Origin: Epiperipatus broadwayi
Taxonomy: Eukaryota > Animalia > Onychophora
NCBI GenBank assembly: GCA_028023455.1
Contig: JAQFVV010000001.1
Location: forward strand, 35,030,001-35,094,000
Direction of reading: 5' to 3'
DNA: 64,000 nucleotides
Made by a program: the position numbers and the translations under genes. The notes beneath the pieces were generated by a model that searched no databases, was not told where the DNA came from, and saw only the letters and a list, made by a program, of their open reading frames with translations. Below, one piece after another: positions 11,204 through 24,149 of this stretch (positions are counted from its first letter, which is position 1; the number at the start of each line of letters is the position of its first letter).

Positions 11204-14200
11204 TTTTTTGAGGGTTCAGTGGTTTTGAACATGACTCATCAAAAGTACTATATATGAAATAGGAATGTTAGTAAAGAATACATATGTATTTTATAGGTGG
11301 ATAAACAATAACTAATTCAACTTGTAAATTTACATTAACAATAATAAATTTTATTTACAAACAGATAGTTAGAGAGTGGCTTACAAGATATAGTAATAAT
11401 GATCTTCTGGCCTTTACCTAATATTCAAGGTAATGGTGGCTTATAATTATAATGGGTGCCCTATTTCTTCAATTGATGTTATCAAGATTTATCAACTCAT
11501 TCTAGGTCTAAAATATATATAACTAAGTCGATATTGATTTATTAAAGGAAAGTGTGCAGTGGGTTTCATGTCAGGTTACATGAGTTTGCTAACAGGTGGA
11601 GGCAGAGGCTGAATGATACATATTAACAATAATAATATGGTACTGCCTAAAAGAGTGGATCAATGGTACATTAGATGATGAAGATCAGCATTGAAAATAA
11701 CATGGTGGTGTTCACCACTGTTAAGTGTATGTCCTGGGTCACAGAGGTGCATCTTCTTCTAACCATGGGTGCATACTAGAGGAGAGGGGTAAACAGCGCA
11801 TAAATCCAGGATTTGGAGGTCATCAGGAGTTATCAGCTCCTGTGGAATCTGTACTGGGCTCACTTATCGATTAGAAACCTGGGCACATGGTATCTAATAA
11901 CAATGTCCAATGCCACCCATGAAAGTAGGCAGGAACACACATATAAGAGCTAAACAATTGATTTACTGAGCCATCTGCATACATAATTACTATACTAAAC
12001 TTATTTAGATACATAACTGTGAGCACTCCTAGTTAACGATAAGTGAGAATTTGGGAACTTAACCTGACCGCAATAATTATTCAAGTACATTTAAATTATG
12101 ATACTTAATAATAGTATTTAAAGGCATGAGGAAATTAATGATTCCTGAATAGACTGATAAGTTTTATACATGGACAGTGGTTTTAGTTATATAGATGTTG
12201 CATTGTATTGACTTTATTGTAATTACACTTACTAAATTATAGAACCTTAGGTTAAATGTAGGACCACATTTTCTTAAGAAGATACATTGTATAAACCATT
12301 ATGAAAGGAGAAGTATTAATTTAGCGGTGAGTGAAGTAATAACCTAATTACAGCTAATGATTTACATATATTAAATATTCTTAACAACAACTTCTACCAC
12401 ATCTAAGTTATAATTCATATGGGATTTATAGGCACCTGGTAGATAAGCAATATAAACATTTTAATAAACAATTAAAAAACTACACTCACCATCCCTTCTT
12501 AGAGTCAACATAATTCTAAGAACTAATATATGCATTTACATTGATACAATGAATGATATGAAACATAATTTTTTCTTTAAGAAATAGTTAATGTACATTC
12601 TATTTTTTAACATTAAAACTTTTAGATTTGGCATCATCTTGATCTGCTCTATTTCTTGAGACATTGAGAGTCAAGAAGCTTAAACAATACATTAATGATT
12701 TAAAATTTAATTCTCTCCATCATTCAAGGTAGTAAGTAAGCAAAAAATAAAATAAAGTATATGTTTAATTTATTCAATAATCAAGACAGCAGATTTACAT
12801 TAAAACAAATAAAATATGTTATATATAAGGTTAAGGCTAATTAAGATATATAAATTAAGTTACAGAATTTAAAATATAAAGATGAAACATTTTACCAGAA
12901 CTTCTTAGAGACTTTGGGACTTCTTTTGATAAAGAGGATTTGATGGCTTAGCAAACTTTATGCTTACATAATATAGGCAGCTGTGAATGGATTATCATTT
13001 CAAAATGAAACTCTGGACACCAGACTCCCCCCAATGACTAGAGAAGCTGACACCTGACTACTCACACATTCTGGCAAGTATATTAGACATTTATAGGTAA
13101 AACGCATGGATTTTAGCAGGCAATGTATAATACAGAGGCAGTTTTTTCCAATATGTCTGAATATATAAAAATTATACTAGGGTTCTGCTTGTCTTGCTCC
13201 AAGATTAAATGTCAATTTTTATTATTTTTTTAATCTCCTTAAACAATGCCTTTTATTTTCTGCCATAATGGTTTTTGGTTTAATTTATACTGCACTTACT
13301 TTGCCTTGCTTAGTGGATTACAACAACTCTCCCATTGTTTTACAAGTTTTAAGATAAAAAACTTTGTTAAAAATAATCGAATTGAAATAAATTTTATCTA
13401 AAGAATTTAGTAATGCAAGGAAAGTAAAGAAATCTTAAAACTTGTAAAACAATGGGAGAGTTGTTGTAATCCATTAAGCAAGGAAAAGTAAGTGCTGTAT
13501 TCCCTTAGCTATTCAGAAATAGTTACAGTTTAACACCTCTACATCCTGCATGCCTTTTCAAGGTATTGTCATGAAAATAAAAATTCAATGCACAGAAAAA
13601 CAAATTGGTGGCAGAAAATAAGCAAGAATGCAATTACTAATGGAACAGAAAATTAAGTTTCAAAATTAAAGCAAAAACCATTACAGCAGAAAATAAGCTC
13701 CAAGAAAAAAGAAGAGTATTTAAAGATAGAAGACATTGTTTAAGGAGATCAAAAAAATAATAAAATTTGAGATTTAATCTTGGAGCAAGACAAGCAGAAT
13801 CCTAGTATAATTTTCATATTCAGACATATGTAAAATAAATTACCTCTGTATTATACATTGCCTACTGAACTCCAAATTATTATCTACAAATGTCTAATGT
13901 ACCTGGAAGATTGTGTGAGTAGTTGGGTCTCAGCTTCTCTGGTCATTGTGAAGAGTCTGGCATCCAGAGTTCCATTTTGAAATGAAAAAAGATCCATCCA
14001 TATCTGCCTATATTATGTAAGCATAAAGTATGCCAAGCCATGAATCCCTCTACATAAAAAAAAGTCCCAAAGTCTCTAAGAAGTTCCAGTAAAATGTTTA
14101 ATCCATATATTTTAAATTTCATAATTTCTTAACTAGTCTTAACCTTATATATATAATATATTTTATTTGTTTTAAATATAAATCTGCTGGCTTGATTATT

Positions 14201-16077
14201 GAATCAATTAAACTTATATTTATTTTTTGCTTACTTAGTACTTTGAATGATGGAGGGAATTAAAATTTAAATTATTAATGTGTTGTTTACACTTCTTGAC
14301 TCTCAAAGTCCCAAGGGATGGAGCAGATCAAGAAGACACCAATTCTAAAAGTTTAAATGCTACAAATAGAATAATGTACATTAAGTATTTTTTAAAGAAA
14401 AAAATCTGTTTTGTACCCTCTATCGTATGAAAGTAAATGCATATGTTAGTTCTTAGAATTATGTTGACTCTAAGAAGGAATGGTGAGCATAGTTATTTAA
14501 TTGTTTATTAAAATGTTTATATCGCTTATCTACCAGGTGTCTATAAATCCTATATAAATTATAACTTAGATGTGGTAGAAGTTATTATTAAGAATGTTTA
14601 ATATAAATAGATCATATAGTTCTAATTAGGTTATAACTTCACCTACTGCTAAATAAATACTTCTCCTTTAATAATCGTTTATACAAAGTCTCTTCTGAAG
14701 AAAATGTGGAACCTAAGGTTCTATAATTTAGTAAGTGTAATTACAATAAAATCAATGCAATGTAATGCCTATATAACTAAAATCACTGTCTGTGTATAAA
14801 ATTGATTAGTCTATTCAGGAATCAATAATCTCCTCATGCCTTAAAATATTATTATTATTAAGTATCACAATTTATATGTACTTGAATAATTATTGCTGTC
14901 GGGTTTAAGTTTCCAAATACTCACTTATCATTAACTGGGGGTGCTCACAGTTATATATCTAAATAAGTTTATTATAGTAATTACGTATGTGGATGGCTCA
15001 GTAAATCAATCATTTATCCCTTATATGTGTGTTTCTGCCTACTTTCATGGGTTTCAAATATATATTCCTTATGGTTCATGCATCCACATGGTCAAACTAT
15101 GTGAGGGCAGACCAGACACCATGTGCCTGGGTTCATAATTTATAGATTATCACAGTCCAGGTTGTATAGGAGCTGGTGATTCCTGGTGACCTCCAAATCC
15201 TGGATTTATGCACCATTTAGTGCTCTCATCTAATAAGCATCTGTGGTTAGAAGCAGATATACCTCTGCAATCTGGCATATACATTTAACAGTGGTTCATT
15301 TCACTATGTGATCATCAAGGCTGATCTTCATCATCTAATGTACCATTGTCCCACTCTTTTAGGCAGTACCATATTATTATTGTTATTATATATCATTTAG
15401 CCTCTGCCTATTATCATTAACAAACCCAGGTAACCTGACATCAAATCTGCCTGCACTCTTTTCTTTAATAAATCAATATGTACTTAATTATATATTTTCT
15501 TTAATAAATCAATATGTACTTAATTATATATATATAGTCTTCCTACCTTTTACTGACATGGGCCAACTAGCTTGAAACCATGGTATAAATGTTGGAGACA
15601 ACGAAAGAGATATTGAATTCTATTTCTCTCAACGTTTATGTAAACAAAGCTTGTTAGTGGACTATTGGTAAAGCTCCATCTAGTGATCATAAAATGCAAG
15701 CTAAGAGCAAGTTACGAAATTTATAACTTGTTTTGTTTATCATATATATATATATATATATTACATCTAGAATGGGCTGATAAATCTTGATAATTCCAAT
15801 TGAAGAAATAGGATACCCACTATAATTATAAGCTGCCATTACTTTGAATATTATGTAAAAACCAGCAGATCATTATTACTATATCTTATAAACCACTCTC
15901 TAACTATCTGTTTGTAAATAAAATTTATTGTTGTTAATGTAAATTTGTTAAATGAATTAGTTATTGTTTATCCACCTATAGAATATGTACATAGTCTTTA
16001 CTAACATGTTGATAATCCCTATTTCATATATAGTACTTTTGATGAGTCATGTTCAAAACCACCAAAGCCTCAAAGCA

Positions 16078-16365
16078 TGTAATGAATCTCAGATAAATTA
16101 ATGTAAGATGGATGTGTGCTACCCTGGATCCTATGATCTGTTAAGAACCCTGAGAGAGACAATCAAGTTTGAATCCTGAGCTACATGGGGCTAGGCAGAA
16201 GAAGAGAAGCTGTGTAACCTCAATGCTATTAATTAGGTGGTTGAGGCTGGGAAGACTAGGTAGGTGTTTAAACCAAGGATGTGGGAGCAACCCTATATCT
16301 TCTGTTTGAGGACCCTGCTTTGTCTTTGGGTCTTGTTGACTAATTATGCAATCTTGACCATTACA
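16078..16365 (+). repeat. Inverted copy of the LTR-like unit forming the right end of the palindrome
   Basis: Starts TGTAATGAATC, ends GACCATTACA; reverse complement of 10911-11203. Confidence 0.75.
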
Positions 16366-19300
16366 ATATACATATTACATAATAATGATGATTTAAAAAT
16401 TGGACTTTATAGTGAAATAAATATTGCAATTTAGTAAATTATAATCTTTTTAAAAATAACTTTTCTGCAATATTATTTTCAAATTCTTTTGCAGAAGATG
16501 AACTCTGTGCAAATTGCTCATTTAATCATATGTGTTTGCATACAAATAAATATTTGAGAACTTTTTATTTGAGAAGATACATGCATTATTATTTTTTGAT
16601 TATTGATGGCATAAACGGTAATAGATAAGATTTTTTATTTATCATTTTAATTTTAATTTTATTAGGAATATAATAAAATTGTTACTGAAATATTAATTTT
16701 TAAATTTAATTATCATAATTTGAAATAAATGAATAGATATAAAATTAATAAGTTATTAAAAACTTAAACTCTTTCTTTTTTCCTTTTTTATTCCCATAAT
16801 ATCCCTATTTTCTTAGCATTATTACTTTTCATATTATATAAACTTTATGTAAATGGAAGTTATTGTAAAAATGATGATAAATCAAAGTACCAAAATAGTA
16901 AAAAATATAATTTAAAAGCAAAACATTGGTAGAAATTGTTATTAACTGAATAGCCATTTATGTGATATTTTCACCATATCTGGTTTTCTATCAAAGATTC
17001 AAATTAATATTTTTATTTTTTTTGATTATAACTTTTATTTGCATTTTATATTTAATTTTATGATTGTTAGCGTCGAGATGATTGATTTATTGTAATAAAG
17101 TAGTATAACATCTACATAATTAAAATTAATTTTTTTTTCATCTGATGTTTCAATATTTATTGTTTTATTTTTTATATAATTAGTTTTCCTTAATGAGATT
17201 TCTTTTTATGCTATTTATACACACATACATATTTTCTTTTATACTGTATTTAGTATTATATTTGGCAAATTCTGTCAAAAATTAAATTAAGTTTACATAT
17301 AATAAAGATTTCATCAATTTTGCTTATTTTAACTTTTTTTTCTTCCAGTTAATCATTATTGTTGCAAAGTGCTTAAAATATATTTATTTGAATCTCATCA
17401 TATAGCACAAATCTTTTTGACAGTACTATCTAAATTCATTATTATTTAAAGTTTTTGATTTTTATCATAAATCCTTTTTATATTTTTTTTCATTATTAAG
17501 TCAACGAATGCAACATTTTTTTATGTGATATTTGCATTTTACTCATTATAATTTCTTCCTTTCTATCTGTTTTTTTTTTTTTTTTACGTATAGAATAGCT
17601 TTTAAATGTGAAATATGTCATATATAAATTAATGTTTTCTATTTTGCATAGCTTTTTTTAAAGATTAAATAAAATCTGCATACTTCTAATATTTTAAAAC
17701 ATTTTCTCCTCTTTTTTAACTTTTCTGTAATACAATTCTCAACACCAATGCACATTATATGTTAAGATTTGCATAATGATTTACTGCCAAGTGCAAAAAG
17801 TAGTAATCTTGGTTTATTATCATCATATCACTTAAATCTTATTAATAAATTAATTACTTTTTATACTTTTCCTTTTTTATCTATTTTTTTACTATCTTGA
17901 TATATTACTTTTATTACATGAGAATTTATTTTTTGCCTTCTTATATTTGTCTAACATTTCAGAATGTGAGGAGTGAGCTGTCATGACCACTATAATTATA
18001 ACTTATTTACTATTTGTAATTGTTTTTTGGTTATTGTCTCTTTATATTTTTACTAACTATCTTTATTGACATTGCTGTTTCCAATCATTCATTTTTGCCC
18101 TACCTCACTGCTTCACTTATTATCTAATTTCTAGCATGACATCTATAAATAAATATTTTCTCTTCTTTATGTGTATTATATTTATATTATTAGTATATTT
18201 TATCTCCAATGGCCTGAGTGGTGCATAAATCATAGTCGATTTTCAAGACTATTTTTTATTTACAAATTAATATATATATATATATATTTGCATACTTCAC
18301 TTTTATAAAGTAATCATTAAGCCGTGATATTCTTAACATTTAATATATAGCTACTTATGTAAATATAAAAAATCTGATATATTGATGTATGTGTGTGTGT
18401 GAGTGCATTTATATTACATTTTTCAAGTATGGAAAAAGATTTCATTTGATTTTCAAGGTGAAATGTAGTTTTAATCAATTCCAATTTAGAAAATAAATCA
18501 AGTTTTACACTATTAGTTCAATGACTTCGTGGTGACAAATTACAAAGATCCTCAGTTATCTTCCTAATAGTGAACACAGGATCACCTTCCAAGCAATTAC
18601 TACTCAATTACTAAGTTTGACTGCAAAAGAAATTAATTCTCTAACATAGTTTGTTTGGGGATTAACTTTGATTAGATAATATTGATGTAATAATTAAAGT
18701 GCTGATTTTAAATGAACATCAAATTCTAATAAACCAATGTTAAAAAAATTACTAAACTGTAATCAATAATTCACACAAACTCAAAAAGCCTAATTAATAT
18801 AAAGACATTTACAACATAACGAAAATAAGATTTAGAAAAAATACAATAAATTTGGAAGTAGATAATTTGGAAGTATAAGCTGTTCTAACAATTTAGATAC
18901 ATTAAAGATTATTTTAATGCACACACATATATATATATATTATTTTCGACCATTATTAATCCAAAACGTAATAGAAGTCTACGAGTTCAATTTATTATTT
19001 CTAATTTATTGCTTCTCTTTTTTCTCCTTGTTATTTTATAAAACTTTTTGATACATCCATATTTCTAATATGCAATCTTTTTTGAGATCTCTTATAATCT
19101 ACTGGAATTCAAGTTGCATTTTCAGTTCTCCATTTAGTATTATCTGGTTTACCTTAATTTTTTTTTAATGATGTCAGTAGTGCATGTTTACTTTTCACTC
19201 ATATATTTTAATGTTGTTCATTCTTTATTAATACTACCATACGACTTTCTATATTTTTCTATATGGTTTACAATTAATTTTTTTTTTTTTAGATTAAGTC

Positions 19301-20639
19301 TCATATTTATAAAACAAAAAGTGCTAATAAACACATACATATTACCAAATCTTTCTTTTTTAGGTAAATGATCATATTTATTTTAAATATTAAGTGATTT
19401 CTAACAAAAATACTCCAAATAATTTAAGTTCTATGATTCATTTCATTTGTAATCTTTTCATTTATATTAATAATCCATAATTATTAACTTATAATTTATT
19501 GCTATTAATTTTTACCATTTTCATTCTTTGAAAAATTCATTGAACATTATTACTTTAGTTTTTTTTAATATGTATTTTAAGACCCATTTTTCAAATTGTT
19601 GTTTTCATCAGATAAAAACTTTTAACAATTTCTGTCAAAAAACATATTATCTACAAAAATGATTGCATTAACATTTTTATTTTATTTTCTGTTGAATCTC
19701 ATTTTAATCTATAAAATATGTCACATAAAATTATTGTAAAAAGTTTTGGGAAGATGAATTCACTGCTTAGTCAATGTTAATCATCCTGGTGATATCATGC
19801 AGTCAATTCACTACTGTTTATTTTCATGTATATTCTTTAAAATTTTGTAATATTTACATAGTCAAATATCTTTTTGTACTATATATAGTTATTGCAAAAT
19901 AGTAACTCATATATTGTTTCTTTTTTTAACTTTACTGAGCTACAACCAATTTTAAATCAGCTTGCTCTATTAGTTAGATTGAATATATTTTTATTGACAA
20001 TTTATGATGATTACAATAAATATCTTATGTAATAATTAATAAAATGTAATGGGTATGTATTTCATGTTTTTTTTCACCTCTTAAATATTACTAGTGCATT
20101 CTTCATATATAGACTTATCATTTAGGCATTTCTATATAACTTTGCTAATGATTCTTTTATTTATTAAACGTTTTTTTTTTTAAAAAAAATAATTATAATG
20201 TTTTTATCATTACATGGAGTTTTTTAATTTTTCATAATAGGTTTAATTTATTGCATCAAATCTTCATTTATCTTTTTGGTTCTATACATAGTTCTTTGTA
20301 GATTTGTTTCCATACTTTATAATGTTATCTCTCTCCCCCCCCCCCCCTAGAAATACTGACATCTTTTTTTTTCTTACTACTTTAAATAAGTTTTCTCACA
20401 GTACTAAAATATTAGTTTATATTTTTTGGACTATTATTCTTTTCTATAACTTACTTTACCTTTAACAGTAATAGTTTTTATGTCAGAATTGATGCTTTTT
20501 CATACCATTTTATAAAAATCCAGATATTCATTTATCTTAATTAGATCACATTAAACTATTATTTAAACTTTTTTTTTCTGCATGCATTGATTTAATTGTT
20601 GAATTGCTGCTTTTCTGCTTTTAGCCATATAAATATTTT

Positions 20640-22155
20640 AAATATAAGAATTTTAAATGAAGAAGTGAGAAATGTAATTAAATGTATGAAGAAAAGAAAG
20701 GTTCCAGGTAATGATGGAATTATAATTGATATATTAAAAGAAGCAGGTGAAGAAACTGAAATTTTTTTAGCAAAGTTATATACCAAATGTCTAAATGATA
20801 AAGATGTACCAGATGATTGGAAGAATGCAGTAATAATATTAATATTTAAAAAAGGTGATAAAGAAGATATTAGAAATTACAGACCTATCAGCCTTTTATC
20901 AGTTTTATATAAAATTTTTACCAAGATAATTACAACTCGTCTACAGAGATCATTGGATTTCCACCAACCAAGAGAACAATCTGGATTTAAAAGTGGTTTT
21001 AGTACAGTAGATTATATTCAGGTACTGAGAGAAGTTATAGAAAGGACAAATGAATCTTGAGTTGTCATTATGTTTTGGATTTGTAGATTATGAAAAGGCA
21101 TTTGATTCTATAAACATTTTTTCAGTGATTAAAGCATTGGATCATCAAGGTATAGATCCAAGATATTGTCATATTTTAAAGAATATTTATAAAAATGCAA
21201 CAGCAACAATTAGATTACATAATGACACTGGGAAATTCAACATTGAGAAAGTGTAAGACAAGGTGACTCCATATCTCCAAAACTTTTTACAGCAGTGCTG
21301 CAAGTAGTATTTTGTGGATTAAAATGGGAAACTAAAGGAGTGAAAGTAAATGGAGATTATTTAAGTCATTTAGATTTCACAGATGATGTAGTTGTTTTTG
21401 CAAATAATGCTTCAGAGCTGCAGGAAATGTTGCAGGAGTTATCAGATAAAAATAGGAAAGTAGGACTAAAGATAAATGTTAAAAAGACTAAAGTAATGTT
21501 TAATCGATTTGCTCAAAATATGAAAATAAAGATTGATTATGATGAATTAGAAGAAGTTCACAGTTACAAATACCTTGGTCAGATTATTAATACAGATGGA
21601 AACATAATGGAGAAAATTAATCATAGAATTAAACTTGGTTGGAGTGCTTTTGGTAGAAATAACTTGATACTAAAAGGAAATATGCCTATGTGTTTGAAAA
21701 GGAAGGTTTTTAACAAATGTGTTTTACCAGTTCTTACTTATGGATCTGAGACTTGGACACTCAATAGAAGAGCAATACAGAGACTTCAGACCACTCAAAG
21801 AGGTATGGAGAGATGTATGTTGGGATTAACAAGAAGAGATTGAAAACACAATGTATGGGTAAGAGAACAAACAGGTGTTACTGACCTCATTGAAAAAATT
21901 AAAAGATTGAAGTGGAGATGGGCTGGACATATTTCTAGAAGAGATGATAATAGATGGACAATTGAAATTTTAAACTGGATTCCAAGAGATTGTAAAGCAC
22001 CCAGAAAGAGACCACATGTGAGATGGATGGATGAAATAAGAAAGTGCAGGGGTTATGTGGAGAAGAGAAGCTAAAGATCAGAGAAGATGGATTAAACTTA
22101 AAGAGACCTTCAGCCTGCAGTGGATTGATAATGGTTGATAATGATGATGATGATG
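20640..22155 (+). mobile_element. 5'-truncated RTE-clade LINE with pseudogenised reverse transcriptase
   Basis: ORF pieces 20596-21060, 21050-21256, 21295-21843 carry NYRPISLLS, FVDYEKAFDS, LDFTDD, YKYLGQ; frameshifts near 21056, 21250 and 22047; CGA>TGA stop at 21841; (GAT)n tail; candidate 9-bp TSD AAATATTTT at 20631-20639 and 22156-22164. Confidence 0.95.
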
Positions 22156-23606
22156 AAATATTTTTACTTTAATATCTGTTATTTTCTTATTAACTTTGTT
22201 TAAATATAATCCATCTTTAAACTCTGTTACTATATTAAAATATTTGCACAAAATCCTTGGATTATTTCTAAAGATTAAGAATATTAGTTATTGATATTAA
22301 CTTTTTTCATAGACTTTATCTCTCTAGATTTTAGTTCTCTCGAATTGATGATAAATTCTGGCATAGAATCTGTTAATTAAAAAATGTATAAGCATAAAAA
22401 AGACTGCTGTGGCTATAGTAGTATTTTTCCACCTCTATTTTTCCCAAAACAAAATTACTTTATGGTGTAGGCATTAATGTATTAATTAGATATGACATGA
22501 CTGGAGTCTTATTGTAAATATTTTAGATAAGTAAAACCTCCCAGGTAAGCTCAGATTTTTTAAATATACATTTTATATATATTAAATATTGGCCAATAAT
22601 TATTTATTTATCAGTCAAATATCCTGATGATTAGTTTTCACTATTATAGGAGGAATGCTAGACTTTTCCCTATAGTAGGCCTTTTTTAATTGTACATCTA
22701 TATTTCAAATGAAGAGTCTTGCTATAGAAAATTAAAGATTCTACCTATTGTGCTTATGACATGGGTTTGAATCCCACCCAAATAAAACTTGGAAATTTTT
22801 TTCAGTTTCTAATTAGGCTTAGGATTTTTCTTCCAGGTATCTGACTCATAACTATATAATATGAATCACTACATAAGTATCTAATTATTTTTAATTAGAG
22901 AATAAGTATGAATGAAAAACTGTTAAAATCCTAACCATCCAGATATTGGGAAGTGTGATGAATAATGATTTCTTTTTTACTGCTTTTCTTTGTGAGGCTG
23001 TTAAGGTTACCTTTGATTTGCAGCGGATTATTTAAAGACTGTTTTTTACCCTATAATTACTTCTTCAAGTTTAAAGACATACAAAAGATCATTTATACAG
23101 TAAAAAATTAAAAGGTGTGTGACCATCATTGTTATTATGAATATCATGTAACCAAAACTTATTTCCAGCATTTCAATACTACGTAAATTATTATTATTTT
23201 TTTCAGGGGGAATAGTGACTTAATTACAGAAAAGTTCAGATTATACAAATAAAAAAAAGTTACATATGAGTTAGAGAAACAGTAAATGTAAATATTTAGT
23301 TCAAGAAAAAAAAATATCTAGATGAAATATATTCATATTAGAAATTAAAAAGAATAGATTGGAAATGAATGTAACCACAGGAAATGTTTTAATGGAATTA
23401 TTATGGCAGACTATTTATTTCTTTTAACTCAGGTAACATCTAACAGAATAAAAAATAAAAATAACACTATAATTTATAATTTAATATATCCAACACACAG
23501 TTCTTCTTTTCAAAATAGTTCATATATATCTAATATAGAAATAAAACAAACTAACTCCTTCTTTTTAAAACTTGATTTATTATGACTATAATCATGAAAA
23601 AGGAAT

Positions 23607-23643
23607 CCGACGTTTCGACTATTTTTTATAGTCTTTTTCAAGG
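23607..23643 (-). ncRNA. Minimal hammerhead ribozyme-like motif (mirror copy)
   Basis: Exact reverse complement of 24113-24149. Confidence 0.7.
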
Positions 23644-24112
23644 CACACTAAAATAAAATATATATACACAATAAATATCACATATTCCAAAAAAAAAAAA
23701 AAAAAATAAATTAATTAAAAATTACAAAATATAAAATATATCCATAACCAAAATTTTCTTTTTTTTTACCTTATCTCACTCCCCTTACCTATTACAATCA
23801 CAACTAATTCCTTTTTAAAAATTCTATATATATCAAATAAAAACTTTTTAATTAAAAACCCTATAGGGTTTTTAATTAAAAAGTTTTTATAGGGTTTTTA
23901 ATTAAAAAGTTTTTATTTGATATATATAGAATTTTTAAAAAGGAATTAGTTGTGATTGTAATAGGTAAGGGGAGTGAGATAAGGTAAAAAAAAAGAAAAT
24001 TTTGGTTATGGATATATTTTATATTTTGTAATTTTTAATTAATTTAATTTTTTTTTTTTTTTTTTTTGGAATATGTGATATTTATTGTGTATATATATTT
24101 TATTTTAGTGTG

Positions 24113-24149
24113 CCTTGAAAAAGACTATAAAAAATAGTCGAAACGTCGG
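24113..24149 (+). ncRNA. Minimal type I hammerhead ribozyme-like motif (U3/A8 variant)
   Basis: CC-TTGAAAA-A-GACTAT(AAAAA)ATAGTC-GAAA-CG-T-C-GG: 6-bp stem II, palindromic stem III ACGT, GUC triplet, CC/GG stem I. Confidence 0.7.

Larger units (their letters stand above)
10911..16365. repeat. Giant imperfect palindrome (arms 10911-13355 and 13432-16365, 76-bp spacer)
   Basis: Reverse-complement colinearity throughout, e.g. 11221 GGTTTTGAACATGACTCATCAAAAGTACTATATATGAAATAGG vs 16018-16060; roughly 85% identity; extra segments in the right arm at ~13500-13660 and 15495-15760. Confidence 0.95.

Noticed and set aside
22740-22790. B-box-like GGGTTTGAATCCC
   Set aside because: No A box or tRNA fold found.
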